The translations under genes were made by a program, and so were the position numbers. A DNA stretch of 64,000 nucleotides from Mobula hypostoma (Eukaryota): the NCBI RefSeq assembly GCF_963921235.1, contig NC_086108.1, forward strand, positions 10,726,001 to 10,790,000, written 5' to 3'. The notes below the pieces were generated by a model that was not told the origin of the DNA, searched no databases, and saw only the letters and a list, made by a program, of their open reading frames with translations. Shown piece by piece: positions 1 through 12,515 of the stretch; the stretch's first letter is position 1; each line of letters starts with the position of its first letter.

Positions 1-465
1 TTTTCCGCTACCTCACCATTTATGAATAGCCGGGCTTGTTCAGGGCCTCATGCTTTCCTAAAGTCAATTATCATTTCTTTTGTATTCTTAAATTTGAGAG
101 GTAGCCGTGGTTCCTGCACCAATCCACCAGTTTCAGAACCTCCTTTCTATATGTAGATTAATTTTTGTTTGTGTTCAGGCCAATCACAGTTGTGCCATCT
201 GCAAATTTGATGACTGAGCTTGTAGTAGGAGCAGGAGTGCTGTCATAGCTGAAGAGAGAATAGAGAAGTGCTCAGTACACGCCCCAGCGGGGCACCAGTG
301 TTCAGGGTTGGGTGGCAAGGTGGGGGGCTGTTGATGTGCATTGGCCTAGTTTCACTGTCTGATTACGATTAATGAGGAAGTTTCAAGATCCAATTACAGG
401 TTGATGTGCTGAGACCTAGACTGTGGAGATTGATTGTCAGCTTGTTTGGTAGTATGGTGTTGGCC
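1..465 (-). mobile_element. Rex1/Babar LINE, decayed RT-domain fragment
   Basis: Minus strand reads TLNTGAP..G.VLS, IKFADGTTVIGL and TKEMIIDFRK with disruptions. Confidence 0.7.
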
Positions 466-1304
466 AGAAAGAACTACAGTCTACAAATCAGTGAATTCGA
501 ATGAATCAAGGACAGTGGAAGTAGATAAACAAGTTGCCTTTGTTCTTGCCATGTGATTAAAGGAGATGGAGGCTGCCAATTTGTGAAACTGTTCTGTTAC
601 CTCCATCTTCTGAACTGTTTGAGAACCAGTTCTTGCTCTGGGATAATCTAATCTGAGCAATTGCACGTGGACTCTGAGTTTCTGCTAATCCTGAGATCAT
701 TCTCAGAGAAGCTGTGCATTGTGTACAGTGGCAAATCTGCCATTAACCTCATTACCTTGGCCCACTGTCTGAGTGATGTAGTTTAACTGGTTTGAGTTGA
801 AAAGAACAAAAGTCACCTACGGCGTGAAGTTGTGTACCTTGGACCTTGAAGGTGTTATAGGTCAGTCACCAATAACACTGAAATGCAACATTTGAGCTGG
901 TAAGAAATGAATTTAATAGCAGACACTTTGAATGCAAGATAGCGACAACTCTCTAACAATCAGAGAGCAACCACTGTGGATGTGGAGTACCCTACATGCA
1001 CGTGGAGACTGCAGTGTCACCATGAGGAACACATGACTCCTTTTACTGGGATTACCTTTTCTATTCTTTGACTATTCCTGGAGGTTCAGGAAGATGTAGT
1101 GGGTGTGCACATAAATATTCATGTGTGAATTCAAGAGCGCTTCCATTGAGATAATAAATGTACTGTTAGTAATTTCAGATTCTCCCTGTGCCTCTCTGAT
1201 CATTATTACCTAGCGGCAGATTATTGTAACGAAGGTGTTAAAGGCCAAGCTGTAATCATGGAGAGATTGTTTTGATCAGCAAGACAATCTATGTATCCCT
1301 TTAA

Positions 1305-1630
1305 AATCAATCAATCTATCAATCAATCAATCAAATGTCTGTTACACTGCTGGTGTTTAGGGTAGCAGTGAAGTCTATCACATTGCACCCAGCTATAGAA
1401 GTATTCTTCATGGCTGTTCCTGTAATAATTGTTTTTGAACAGTCAGGATTGTCAACCCTGAGCAGGAGGACTGGTGGACAACTCTTAGTCTGGCCTCTAC
1501 CCTTTAACCGGTTTGGCAAGGGGGACTCTACCGAGAGCCAAGGCACTGGCTCCAGCCGGCATAGCTCTCTGGGTCACTGAGGCATGTAAGCCTCTGAATT
1601 CTGTGACAAGATTGTGGTCCTCCTGGAGGT
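1305..1630 (-). mobile_element. RTE-clade (Rex3/Expander-like) non-autonomous fragment with (caat)n tail
   Basis: Homologous to 20030-20250 (ctcttagtctg.cctctacccttt...ggtcactgaggca); microsatellite tail at 1307-1334. Confidence 0.5.
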
Positions 1631-2510
1631 TTAAAAATGAGCTGAGGAGGAATTTCTTCATAGAGGGTGTTCAATTTGTAGAACTTGTTGCCGCAGAGAC
1701 CAGCCACTTGTGTGTTTAAGGCAGTAAAAGATAGATTTTGATTGGTAAGGAGGTTAAGGGGTTATGGTTAGAAGCAGGAGAATGGGGTTGAAAGTTAAAA
1801 ATATCAGCAAGGATTGAACAGCAAAGCAGACTTGAGAAACCAAATGACCTAATTCTGCTCCTGTGTTGTACCATAGCTCTTACACTATGTTAAGCCAGAT
1901 AGGGCAGCAAGTGAATAATTTAAGTTGTGAATCCTTAATGTCACGTTCAGAACACCACAGCCAATTCCTCTCCATCTCTTATAGTATGCAGAGAATTTGA
2001 AACTTCCAGTTCAGAAATCTCCTTGTGGACAGGATGAGCATTTGGAGAGTCCATGTCCTTTCAGACAATGGAAGTTACTGTCTAAGGGACAGACTTCGAC
2101 CCACCTCATCTCTGGTGTAAAGCTCGACCCAAATCAGGCAGTGATAATTAAAATGACCAAGCAAGGGCAAAGTTTGGAGCATTCCAAAAACCCAACAGAA
2201 GAATGCTGCAACTCTCAGCTAGTCACAGCTAATATTTTCAAGGTGTTTGGAGGAACAATTTCGGGGGGGACGTTGGAGGTAAGTTTACTCACACACAGAG
2301 TGGTGAGAGTGTGGAACACCCTGCCAGGGGTGTGGTAGAAGCAGAATCATTAGGAACATTTAAGAATCTCTCAGATAGGCCCATGGATGATAGAAAAACT
2401 GAGGGTTTTGTGGGAGGGAATGGTCAGATTGATTTTAGAGTAGATTAAAAGGTTGGCACAACATCGCGGGCTGAAGGACCTATACTGTGGTGTACTGTGC
2501 TATGATCTGT
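1630..2510 (+). mobile_element. Two short CR1 LINE 3' fragments (about 1630-1875 and 2240-2510)
   Basis: RRNFF / RVVRVWNTLP motifs and CR1-type 3' UTR. Confidence 0.65.
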
Positions 2511-3215
2511 GTTTTAAAGACTACATCAGTGATGGAGTTTCGTTAGCCTTTTCAAAGTCAGTCCACGTGTAGCAAAAGATCTGGAGAAGTTCAAACTTCT
2601 TCCCTTTTCCTGAAAGCGCCAAAGAAGGAGTGACATAATCCTGTGGGCATATGAGAGGTGCGTGAAGTATCGTGAAGTTAGACTGAGATGGTGCCCTGGA
2701 AGGTGGAAGTGGGTGGGGTTGTGTACCGTCCAGCTAGGTCATCTAATATAAAGCAACAAACTATGACAAATTCAGAGCGGATCTAATCATAGACAGATTT
2801 TATTATTTATTTGCAAGGGAAGATCTGTCTCCACACATTACCACTTGGAAATGGCTCAAATACATCACTTTTATATGTTCTACAGAGAATTCCACTCCAT
2901 AACATTCTTCCATTATCTGCATCTTTATCTGGTTCCTGACATTTGCTCTGTAGAAGCTGTGTCCTGTTTACCTCTGTTACCAAGACATACCCCACCCCAC
3001 CATAAAACACACACATCTTCCTGTTATAAAACACATATCTTGATAAAACATACACACTGACTTGTAAGCCTCCCATTCAAACCAGCAAAGTACCATGGAA
3101 TCTCACAGGTTCCATTTTGTCATATTAAATTTTCCAGAAGGAAATACTTCATAAATACTTCGCGGTTACAGATATATTTCCTCAAATGACAAACTGATAG
3201 ATGTTGGTCTTTACT

Positions 3216-3478
3216 TTTTTTTAGCGTGTCATACCTGACAGTCAGCCATTCTTGTCTGGCACGTAGTGTCAGGATTGGTCTCCTTTCGGATTAACCGAGT
3301 CACGATATGAACATTCCTGACTCTACCCTTGTTTCTTACGAGGCTAGCTAGTGGCTAGCTTGACGCTGAACCTGGCATAGATGGAAAGCGTGCTTGCGGG
3401 GTGGCCCGACTTGGATTCGTGCTCGGGAGCCTTCGCTCCGAAGTCCAGCGCTGATGCCATTGCACCACCAGCTGCCCA
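3216..3478 (-). mobile_element. tRNA-derived SINE with A-tail and 11-bp TSD
   Basis: Minus-strand A box TGGTGCAATGG, B-box-like GCACGAATCC, poly-A; TSD tggtctttact at 3205-3215 and 3479-3489; second copy at 7021-7291. Confidence 0.8.
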
Positions 3479-3663
3479 TGGTCTTTACTGAAAGTAAGGG
3501 ATAGGAGTAAAATTAGGCCATTCAGCCCATTGAGTCAGCCCTGCCATATCTTATGAGGAAAGGTTGAGCAAGATAGGGCTTTTCTCTTTGGAGCAGATGA
3601 GGAAGAAATATTACCTCTGGAGAAAATTAGTTTTGCATAACTAACTCCAAACAATTGGTCTCA

Positions 3664-3965
3664 GTATGTTGTATGACGTGGGTGATTATGGTCTTTCCAT
3701 GATTGTTCTCGGCAAATTTTTCCACAGAAGTAATTTGCCACTGCCTTCTTCAGGACAGTGTCTTTACAAGATGGGTGAACCCCAGTAACCATTATCAGTA
3801 CTCTTCAGAGATTGTCTGCTCCGCGTCAGTGGCTGCATAACTTGTTGGATGCATTGGCTGCTCATATGACCATCCACCCCCTGCACATGACCCTGATTGG
3901 GGGCCAAAGTAGGTGCTACACTTTGCCCAAGGGTGACCTGCAGATGAGCAGAGGGGCAGGAATGC
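3664..3965 (-). mobile_element. SINE-like element with RTE/BovB-type tail
   Basis: Family repeated at 9315-9693, 48115-48425 and 55240-55465; tail gaaggcaatggcaaaccact...tgccaag resembles RTE-mobilised SINE ends. Confidence 0.6.
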
Positions 3966-3979
3966 CTCCCAGGGAAGTG

Positions 3980-4655
3980 TATATATATAAAGTTAAATTA
4001 AACAAGTAGTGTAAAAAGAGAAAAAGGGGAAGTAGTGAGGATGTGTTAATGGGCTCATTGTCCATTCAGAAATCTGATGGCAGAGGGGATGAAGCTGTTC
4101 CTGAATAGTTGAGTGCGTGCCTTCGGTTCCTGTACCTCCTCCTGTTTGGTAGCAATGAGAAAAGGCATGTCCTGGGTGATGGGGTTCCTTTATGATGGAT
4201 GCCACCATTTTGAGGCATCACTCCTTGAAGATGTCCTGGATACTACGGAGGGTGGAACCCATGATGGAGGTGACTGAGTTTACAACTCTCTGCAGTTTAC
4301 CCCCCACCCCCAAATACCAGACGATGATGCAGCCAGTCAGAATGCACTCCATGGTACGTCTGTAGACAGTTTTTGAGTGTTTTCGTTGGCAAACCAAATC
4401 TCCTCAAACTCCTAATGAAATATAGCCGTGGTGTTGGCTTCTTTAATATGAAGGGAGCAGATTAGGTCTGCAGAGATATTCACACCCAGGAACTGGAAAT
4501 TGCTCACACTCTCCAACTCTGAAGTCTCTATTTGAGGTTTGGTGTGTGTTCACTCATCTTACTCCTTCTAAAGTCCACAATCAGCTCTTTGGTCTTACTG
4601 ATGTTGAGTGCAAGTTGTTGCTGTGATGCCACTCAGCTAGCTGGTATACCTCAAA
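3980..4655 (-). mobile_element. Rex1/Babar LINE 3' fragment
   Basis: SIIKEPHHPGHA.. and related Rex-Babar C-terminal motifs, frameshifted. Confidence 0.7.
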
Positions 4656-4807
4656 TCATCCCCAATATCAGAATTACTTGTAGAAAAGGGTGAAGTACCT
4701 TTACATCCATGCAGGTTACGGTTAGCAGTGGTTTACTGGGTTAACATAAGAGGACGTAAAGTGGTTATCCAATAATGGCAACGTTAGTAAGGTGTTGGAG
4801 GCACTGT

Positions 4808-5977
4808 AAATGGGTCATAATCTGCATGGAGGTCAGTGACCAGTGGTGTGCCTCAGGGATCTGTTCTGGGACCCCTACTCTTCATGATTTTTATAAATGA
4901 CCTGGATGAGGAAGTGGAGGGATGGGTTAGTAAATCTGCTGATGACACAAAGGTTGAGGGTGTTGTGGATAGTGTGGAGGGCTGTCAGAGGTTACAGCGG
5001 GATGTTAATAGGATGCAAAACTGGGCTGAGAAGTGGCAGATGGAGTTCAACCCAGATAAGTGTGAGGTGGTTCATTTTGGTAGGTCAAATATGATGGCAG
5101 AATATAGTATTAATGGTAAGACTCTTAGCAGTGTGGAGGATCAGAAGGATCTTGGGGTCTGAGTCCATAGGACACCCAAAGCTGCTGCGTAGGTTGACTG
5201 TGTGGTTAAGAAGGCATACGGTGCATTGGCCTTCATCAATCATGGAATTGAGTTTAGTAGCCAAGAGGTAATGTTGCAGCTGTATAGGACTCTGGTCAGA
5301 ACCCACTTGGAGTACTGTGCTCAGTTCTGGTCACCTCACTACAGGAAAGATGTGGAATCTATAGAAAGGGTGCAGAGGAGATTTTCAAAGATGTTGCCTG
5401 GACTGGGGAGCATGCCTTATGAGAATAGAAACATAGAAAATTTACAGCACAATACCGGCCTTTCGGCCCACAAAGCTGTGCTGAACATGTCCTTGCCTGA
5501 GAAATTACCAAGCGTTACCCATAGCCCTCTATTTTCCTGAGCTCCATGTGCCTGTCCAATAGGATGAGTGAACCCGGTCTTTTCTCCTTGGAGCGACGGA
5601 GGATGAGAGGTGACCTGATAGAGGTGTACAAGATAATGAGAGGCATTGATCGTGTGGATAGTCAGAGGCTTTTTCCCGGGGTTGAAATGGCTAGCACGAG
5701 AGGGCACAGTTTTAAGGTGCTTGGAAGTAGGTACAGAGGAGATATCAGGGGTAAGTTTTTTACGTAGAGAGTGCTGAGTACATGAAATGGGCTGCAACGA
5801 CGGTGGTGGGAGCGGATACGATAGCGTCTTTTAAGAGACTCTTGGATAGGTACAGGGAGCTTAGAAAAATAGAGGGCAGTGGGTAACCCTAGGTAATTTC
5901 TCAGGTAAGGACATGTTCGGCACAGCTTTGTGGGCCGAAGGGCCTGTATTGTGCTGTAGGTTTTGTATGTTTCTATG
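4808..5977 (+). mobile_element. CR1 LINE 3' part (RT C-terminus to tail)
   Basis: SGVPQGSVLGPLLF, KSADDTK, RTHLEYCAQFWSP, RRMRGDLIEVYKI, (ttctatg) tail. Confidence 0.9.
5429..5557 (-). mobile_element. 5'-truncated CR1 tail nested antisense inside the CR1 above
   Basis: Reverse complement of 5845-5975; TSD aatag at 5424-5428 and 5558-5562. Confidence 0.8.
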
Positions 5978-5994
5978 TATTCATAAGGTCTTTA

Positions 5995-6790
5995 GTTTTC
6001 AAAGGTTTCAAAAGAACATTTAATATCAGAGAAGTGTGTACAATATACATCCTGAAATGCTTTTTCTTTGCAACTACGTATGAAAACAGAGGAGTTCCCC
6101 AAAGAATAAACAACAGTTAAATGTTAGAAGCCCAAAGACCCCTCCCCCAGCTCCCTTCCCTCACGTGTGTAAATAGCAGCAAGCAACAATCTCCCCTCCT
6201 CCCACCGGCACCTGCCACCGAGCACTCAGGCGTGAGCAAAGCAACAGTAAAGACACAGACTTGCAGTACTCCAAAGACTATGTGTTCACACGGTATTCAA
6301 CATATCGCAGGTTCTCTCTCTCCATAATAAGTGAGAAAGAGGTGTCTCCGTTTCACCGCGAGAGGGGAGACATAACAAACAACTCGCTGGTTTACGATGT
6401 TAAAAGTCCGCTGCGTTGCTTTTTTCGAGCTCTATGCCTGAAGATCTCAGGTCTCTGGGCACATAGCCAAAGATGTTCCAGCTCCTTCGACACACCGGTC
6501 CGGGACACTGACCTTCGATCCGACAATCTCCAGAGCCTCGAGATCCTAGCCCTTCAAAGCCGAGCCGTACACTTTGGCCGAGCCCTTGGAGTGCCGAACA
6601 AAGGCTATTTGTAAAACCCCGAGAGCGGGTCCCATTCCCGCAAGGAGCCGAAGTCAGCGTGTAACTCCAGCTCAGGGGCTTCAAAAGAACTCTGAAAGGG
6701 AAAAAATAAGATATTAAAGATGGAAATAGAGCTGCTTCTGAAGATGCAAGTAAAGGAGTCGCCGTTTAGCGCCATCATCACTTTGCTCCA
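5995..6790 (-). mobile_element. Non-autonomous retroelement with Rex-Babar-like 3' tail
   Basis: Minus strand starts gatggcgc.. and ends in a ttcagg.tgtata...ctctgatattaaatg tail shared with 20575-20635 and with Rex-Babar tails; non-coding. Confidence 0.45.
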
Positions 6791-6799
6791 CCCCTCAAA

Positions 6800-8240
6800 G
6801 TGAATTGGAAATGAATGGACACAAAATCTTGGGTTGTTTATTGTGGAATATGGTCCCAGTGTACCCCTTCCTGTCATACCTCTATGCCTGATTTGGGCCT
6901 TCAGGAAAAGATGAAGATGAGGAGTGATTGTTTACCAGTGGTACAGGCTGTTCAGCAATATATGTAAGGCAGGTATTATGGATTCATGTATATCTTTACA
7001 GATGGTTTAAAAGGTCCAGTTTTTTTTTTAGCGTGTTGCACCAGACAGTCAGCCATTCTTGTCTGGCATGTGGTATCAGGATTGGTCTCCTTTAGGATTA
7101 ACCAGGTCATGATATGGACGTTCCTGACTCGACACTTTTGTTTTACAAGGCTGAGTGGCTAGCTCGACGCTGAACCTAGCATGGATGGAAAGTGTGCTCG
7201 GCGGGGAGGGTGGGGTGGTGGCCCCACTTGGATTCAAACTCGAGAGCCTTCGCTCCGGAGTCTGGCGCTGATACCATTGCGCCACCAGCCGGATCCTGTG
7301 ACATGTCATTCAGGTGTTTCTGTTTACGTTCCAAAGTCTCAGTTGACTAATAAGAAAGGATTATCAGACAATGTATCAGTATTCACATTTGGGATGGTTG
7401 TTATCATTTTAGTCTTGGAACAAGTTGAAGAAGTTTGCCCTGATTATTCCCTGTATACTTCTGTGCTCTGACTCATTCTTGGTTTTGACATCCATTAAAA
7501 GAGGCATTTCAAATTGTAGGTCAGACACTCTTCTTGAGATTGGATGTCATCTGTTGAAGCCACAGGGTCACACAGGTTTGTGTGTTCATTTCTTATGGGT
7601 CCCTGTCCTTGTTGGGGTTGAAGGAAATTAGGTGGCAGACATTCTTGCCAAGCAATCACTTAAATTAAGGATGGCTTTGCATAAAGGGGAGGTGAAAGTC
7701 ATAATTGAAACGTCTATACGATCACTGTGGCAACAGAGTTGGGATAAGCGGAAAAAAAAGGATGGCATTTGTACAAGATTCAGAGGATGGTGGGAAATCA
7801 GCTGGGAGAAGGGTATAAGAGAAGGGAAGGATTTAACCTCACACATTTATGTTTTGGACATATGAGGTTGAATAATTTCCTGTTCAGAATTAATGTGCAT
7901 GATACGGGCACTTGTAGGGAGTGCATTTGTCAAGAAACAGTGAAGCTATATTGTTTGAATGCAGATCCTATGAGGTGGAAAGGAATCTTCTAATTGCTAA
8001 TTTGAGATGATTGGGACAGACAGAGTTTAACTGGGAAAGTTTGTTAGCATATCAACGTCATTGTAATATACATAATGTGTATTTGACTTTCTGAATTTTT
8101 TGATAATACTTGAGTTTTTTTAGGGGGTGGAATTTTGTGGGCATACTTTGTGTCTCTTTGCTCCACACGCCAACTCAGTAGGTGTCAGTAACACACCTAA
8201 GTTGTTGTGCCAAGCACCACTAAACGTTACAACAAGAACC
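6800..8240 (+). mobile_element. I/Nimb-clade LINE 3' remnant with RNase H domain
   Basis: IFTDG, CSDS, FLWVP..VGVEGN..ADILAK (RNase H), WQQSWD, GH..LN..L...C..C...ETV zinc knuckle, and a Nimb-type 3' tail (ctccacac..cagtaggtg); interrupted by a SINE. Confidence 0.75.
7021..7291 (-). mobile_element. tRNA-derived SINE nested in the Nimb/I element
   Basis: A box TGGCGCAATGG, B box GAGTTTGAATCC, poly-A; homologous to 3216-3478. Confidence 0.8.
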
Positions 8241-9314
8241 CTTACAATGACTCTGTTCTCAGTATTATTTTTGTTTTAATTTGCAGTTTGTCATCTAGTG
8301 GCTAATATGAGGGGGCATAATTTTAAAACGATTGGAAAATATATGTCAGAGTAAGTTATTTCCATGGAGAGTGGTGGGTGCATGGGTGAGTGGTGGTAGA
8401 GGCAAATACATTAGGGACATTCACGCGATTCTTAGAGGCATATGGATGATAGAAACATAGAGGGTTATACAGGAGTGACAGGTAAGATTGATCTTAGAGT
8501 AGGTTAAAATGTTGGCACAACATCATGGGGCAATGGGCCTGTACTGTGTTGTACTGTTTTATGTTTTGTCTGTCTTTGCCTGTTGAAACACTATTATATT
8601 TTTCCTATAAATTCCTGCATGATGCCATATATCTGCCTCGAGAACACACTTACTTTGATCTTTGAAGTATTGGAGACATCCTCCATACTTCCCCCAGCAA
8701 CACCCCCCCCCCAATCACCACCTTCTCCCAGCCCTATAACAAACACTCTTTCCCAGTTCTGAGGAACTATGATCTGTATCTACTCTTCTCTCCTTGGACA
8801 CTGCCTGACCTGCTGAGTGCTTCTTGTTTCCAATTTCCAGCATCTGGAGCTTTTGTTGTGTGAGTTTTTGCTTAGGACTTGGGATAAGTGATCAGCTGGT
8901 TAAATCTACTTGCCTTGGGGTCACTGCTAAGATTTTGGAATTTGACTGGGTATTTTTAACGAGCCACGTAACAGCACTACGATCCTCCTGTGCATGATGA
9001 GGTAGCATTGCGGTGAAATATCTGCAATATGTAATAGAACCTTTTTAATAACCAGGTTATTGAGCAAAAAACCATTGTATGTAGGCATTCATCTTCAGAA
9101 TGGAAAATTCTAGAATGGAACAGACTCAAAAACAGTTTCTTTTCCCAAGCAAGGAAGGCTGCTGAACACCTCCACCCACTAACCAACTGCTCCACATCCT
9201 CCAACCATCACTTTATCATCTCCTGTCAGAGTCACCTTATGCAAGATGCACCTGTGCCTAGAGTCACTTTATGTACAGACAATCAATCTATGTATATAAG
9301 CTATCCTGCGCCAT

Positions 9315-9693
9315 CAATGTCATTATGTATGATGTGAGCGATCATGGTCTTTCTATGACCATGATTGTTCTTGGCAAATTTTTCTACAGAAGTGGTTTGC
9401 CATTGCCTTCTTCTGGGCAGTGTCTTTACAAGACGGGTGACCACCAGCCATTATCAATACTCTTCAGAGATTGTCTGCCTGGCGTCAGTGGTCACATAAC
9501 CAGGACATGTGATATGCACCAGCTGCTCGTACGACCATCCACCACCTGCCCCCATGACTTCACTTGACCCTGATTTTGGGTGGGGGGGGTGCTAAGCAGG
9601 TGCTACACCTCGCCCAAGGGTGACCTGCAGGTTAGCAGAGGAAAGGAGTGCCTTACATCTCCTTTGGTAAAGACGCATCTCCACCCTGACACC
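9315..9693 (-). mobile_element. RTE-tailed SINE-like element (longest copy in the window)
   Basis: Same family as 3664-3965 and 48115-48425. Confidence 0.6.
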
Positions 9694-9719
9694 GACAAGA
9701 CAAATATCTTGTGTATTTA

Positions 9720-10535
9720 TAGTCACTCTAACTGGCTGCATCACCATCTGGTATGGGGGGGGGGCAGTGGGGGGGGGCTACTGCACAGAATCAAAATAAG
9801 CTGCAGAAAGTGGTGAACTCAGTCATCTTCATCAAGGGCACTAGACTCCCCAGCATCCAGGACATCTTCAAAGAATTATGCCTCAGAAAATGTGCCACTC
9901 AACATTAAGGACCCCCCTCACCCAGGACATACCCCCTTCTCATTGCAACCATCAGGAAGGAGGTACAGAAACCTGAAGACACAGGCACAGCTTTTCAGAA
10001 ACAGCTTCTTCCCCTCTGCCAGCAGACATTGAACCCATGAACACTACCTCACTACTTTTTTTTTGCACTATTTATTCAATTGAACTATTATATATGTAAA
10101 TTTACTAAATAAGTTTAATAAATATAATAAATTACACCGTCTGGTTTTGAGAATTAGCACCTCAATCAGAATCAGGTTTAATATCACTGGCAGATGCCGT
10201 GAAATTTATTCATTCCATTCAGAAATCAAATGGTAGAGGGGAAGAAGCTGTTCATGAATCGCTGAGTGTGTGCCTGCAGGCTCCTGTATCTCCTTCCTGA
10301 TGGTAACAGTGAGAAGAGGGCATGCCCTGGCTGGTGGGGGTCCTTCACGATGGGGGCTACCTTTTTGCCTTTTTGAGGTATTGCTCCTGGCACATTGATA
10401 CGTTGGAGCTAGTGCCCATGATGGAGTTGAATAAGTTCACAACTTTCTGCAGCTTACTTTGATCCTGTGCAGTAGCCCCTGCACCCCCCTCCATACCCGA
10501 CAGTAAAGTAGCTAGTTAGAAAACTCTCCTCCGTC
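9720..10535. mobile_element. Two Rex-Babar 3' fragments, tail to tail (+ about 9720-10130; - about 10165-10535)
   Basis: PSGRRYR..K.Q..RNSFFPSA motifs; (aatcag)n tail on the minus copy. Confidence 0.7.
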
Positions 10536-11092
10536 TGTAATGTCGACAGTTTACTCTTTTCCATAGATGCTGCCTAACCTGCTGAGTTCCTCCAGCATTT
10601 TGTGTATGTTGTCTAGATTTACTTAAATGTAATTTAGTTTAATTAGTATATAATTTAAGATAGTTGCAGGATCCTGGACATTAGATGGTAATTATGTTGA
10701 ATTGCGGCTGCTTCCCCATTTTCCTTTTTGGATAACATCAGATAGATTTTAAACTCACCGGAGCAGACTTTGTTGTCATTAACTATTCTGAAGCATTACA
10801 GCCACTGATCATCCATGGAGTAAGGAGAAGAACAGATGCAAATTGACTGCTAGGTCTTGGTTTCGTGGTTCCAAATTCATCTCAGATGATAGTCCTGCTG
10901 CTAGTGACCAAGCTGTATCAGGTTGACATTTGTCTTGGGTTATTTGGGTCAAAAGTTGTAATCTCTGTGTGAAGAAGACTTTTCCATTCAACCTTGAGGT
11001 CACACTTTTCATTATTATGTACTTCTGGCACATAAATAACATATTTCATGTTATATGCTGGTGATCAAGGTTCAAAGTTCAAAATACATTTA

Positions 11093-11497
11093 GAACATAG
11101 AACATAGAATAGTACAGCACAGTACAGGCCCTTCGGCCCACAATGTTGTGCCGACCCTCAAACCCTGCCTCCCATATAAGCCCCCACCTTAGATTCCTCC
11201 ATATACCTGTCTAGTAGTCTCTTAAACTTCACTAGTGTATCTGCCTCCACCACTGACTCGGGCAGTGCATTCCACGCACCAACCACTCTCTGAGTAAAAA
11301 ACCTTCCTCTAATATCCCCCTTCAACTTCCCACCCCTTACCTTAAAGCCATGTCCTCTTGTATTGAGCAGTGGTGCCCTGGGGAAGAGGCACTGGCTATC
11401 CACTCTATCTATTCCTCTTATTATCTTGTACACCTCTATCATGTCTCCTCTCATCCTCCTTCTCTCCAAAGAGTAAAGCCCTAGCTCCTTTAATCTC
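11093..11497 (-). mobile_element. Young 5'-truncated CR1 with ~10-bp TSD
   Basis: Uninterrupted RLKELGLYSLERRRMRGDMIEVYK...; (ttctatg)n tail; aatacattta 11083-11092 / aattcattta 11498-11507. Confidence 0.9.
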
Positions 11498-11654
11498 AAT
11501 TCATTTATTATGAAAGTATGTGTGCAGTATACAACCCTGATATTCATCTTCCCACAGACAGTCATGAAACAAAAAAACCATGGAACCCATCTCAAAAAAA
11601 ACATCAACATTCCACCCCACGCACAGTAGCAAATCACGTAAATAGCATCAAGAA

Positions 11655-12515
11655 CATCAAACACCCTCTTCACACAACAGAAACAGCAAATCACACAAAC
11701 AGCAGCAACAAACTCCCCCTTCACACAACAAAAACAGCAAATCACACAAACAATAACAATAACAAACCCCCTTCACACAACAAAAACAGCAAATCACACA
11801 AACAGCAACAACAATAAACCCCCCTCACACAACAAAAACAGCAAATCACACAAACAACAACAGCAACAAACCCCCTTTCACACAACAGAAACAGCAAATC
11901 ACACAAACAGCAGCAACAAACTCCCCCTTCACACAACAAAAACAGCAAATCACACAAACAACAACAGCAACAAACCCCCTTCACACAACAAAAACAGCAA
12001 ATCACACAAACAACAACAGCAACAAACCCCCTTCACACAACAAAAACAGCAAATCACACAAACAGCAACAACAATAAACCCCCCTCACACAACAAAAACA
12101 GCAAATCACACAAACAACAACAGCAACAAACCCCCTTTCACACAACAGAAACAGCAAATCACACAAACAGCAGCAACAAACTCCCCCTTCACACAACAAA
12201 AACAGCAAATCACACAAACAACAACAGCAACAAACCCCCTTCACACAACAAAAACAGCAAATCACACAAACAGTAACAATAACAAACCCCCTTCACACAA
12301 CAAAAACAGCAAATCACACAAACAGCAACAAACCCCCTTTCACACAACAAAAACAGCAAATCACACAAACAGCAACAAACCCCCTTCACACAACAAAAAC
12401 AGCAAATCACACAAACAGCAACAACAATAAACCCCCCTCACACAACAAAAACAGCAAATCACACAAACCAGTGACAATAACAAACCCCCTTTCACACAAC
12501 AAAAACTATCAAATC
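11655..12515. repeat. ~52-bp CA-rich tandem array (about 17 units) with 260-bp higher-order repeat
   Basis: Unit cacacaacaaaaacagcaaatcacacaaaca(gca/aca)n aaaccccctt; ORFs 11742-12005 and 12002-12265 are identical and offset by 260 bp. Confidence 0.9.

Noticed and set aside
9575..9693. HDV-like ribozyme at the 5' end of the RTE-tailed SINE
   Set aside because: Only a simple hairpin (gcaggt/acctgc) was found; the nested double pseudoknot could not be built
11518..12410. Cys-rich (metallothionein/keratin-associated-like) ORFs
   Set aside because: Translations of a low-complexity tandem array with frames shifting between units
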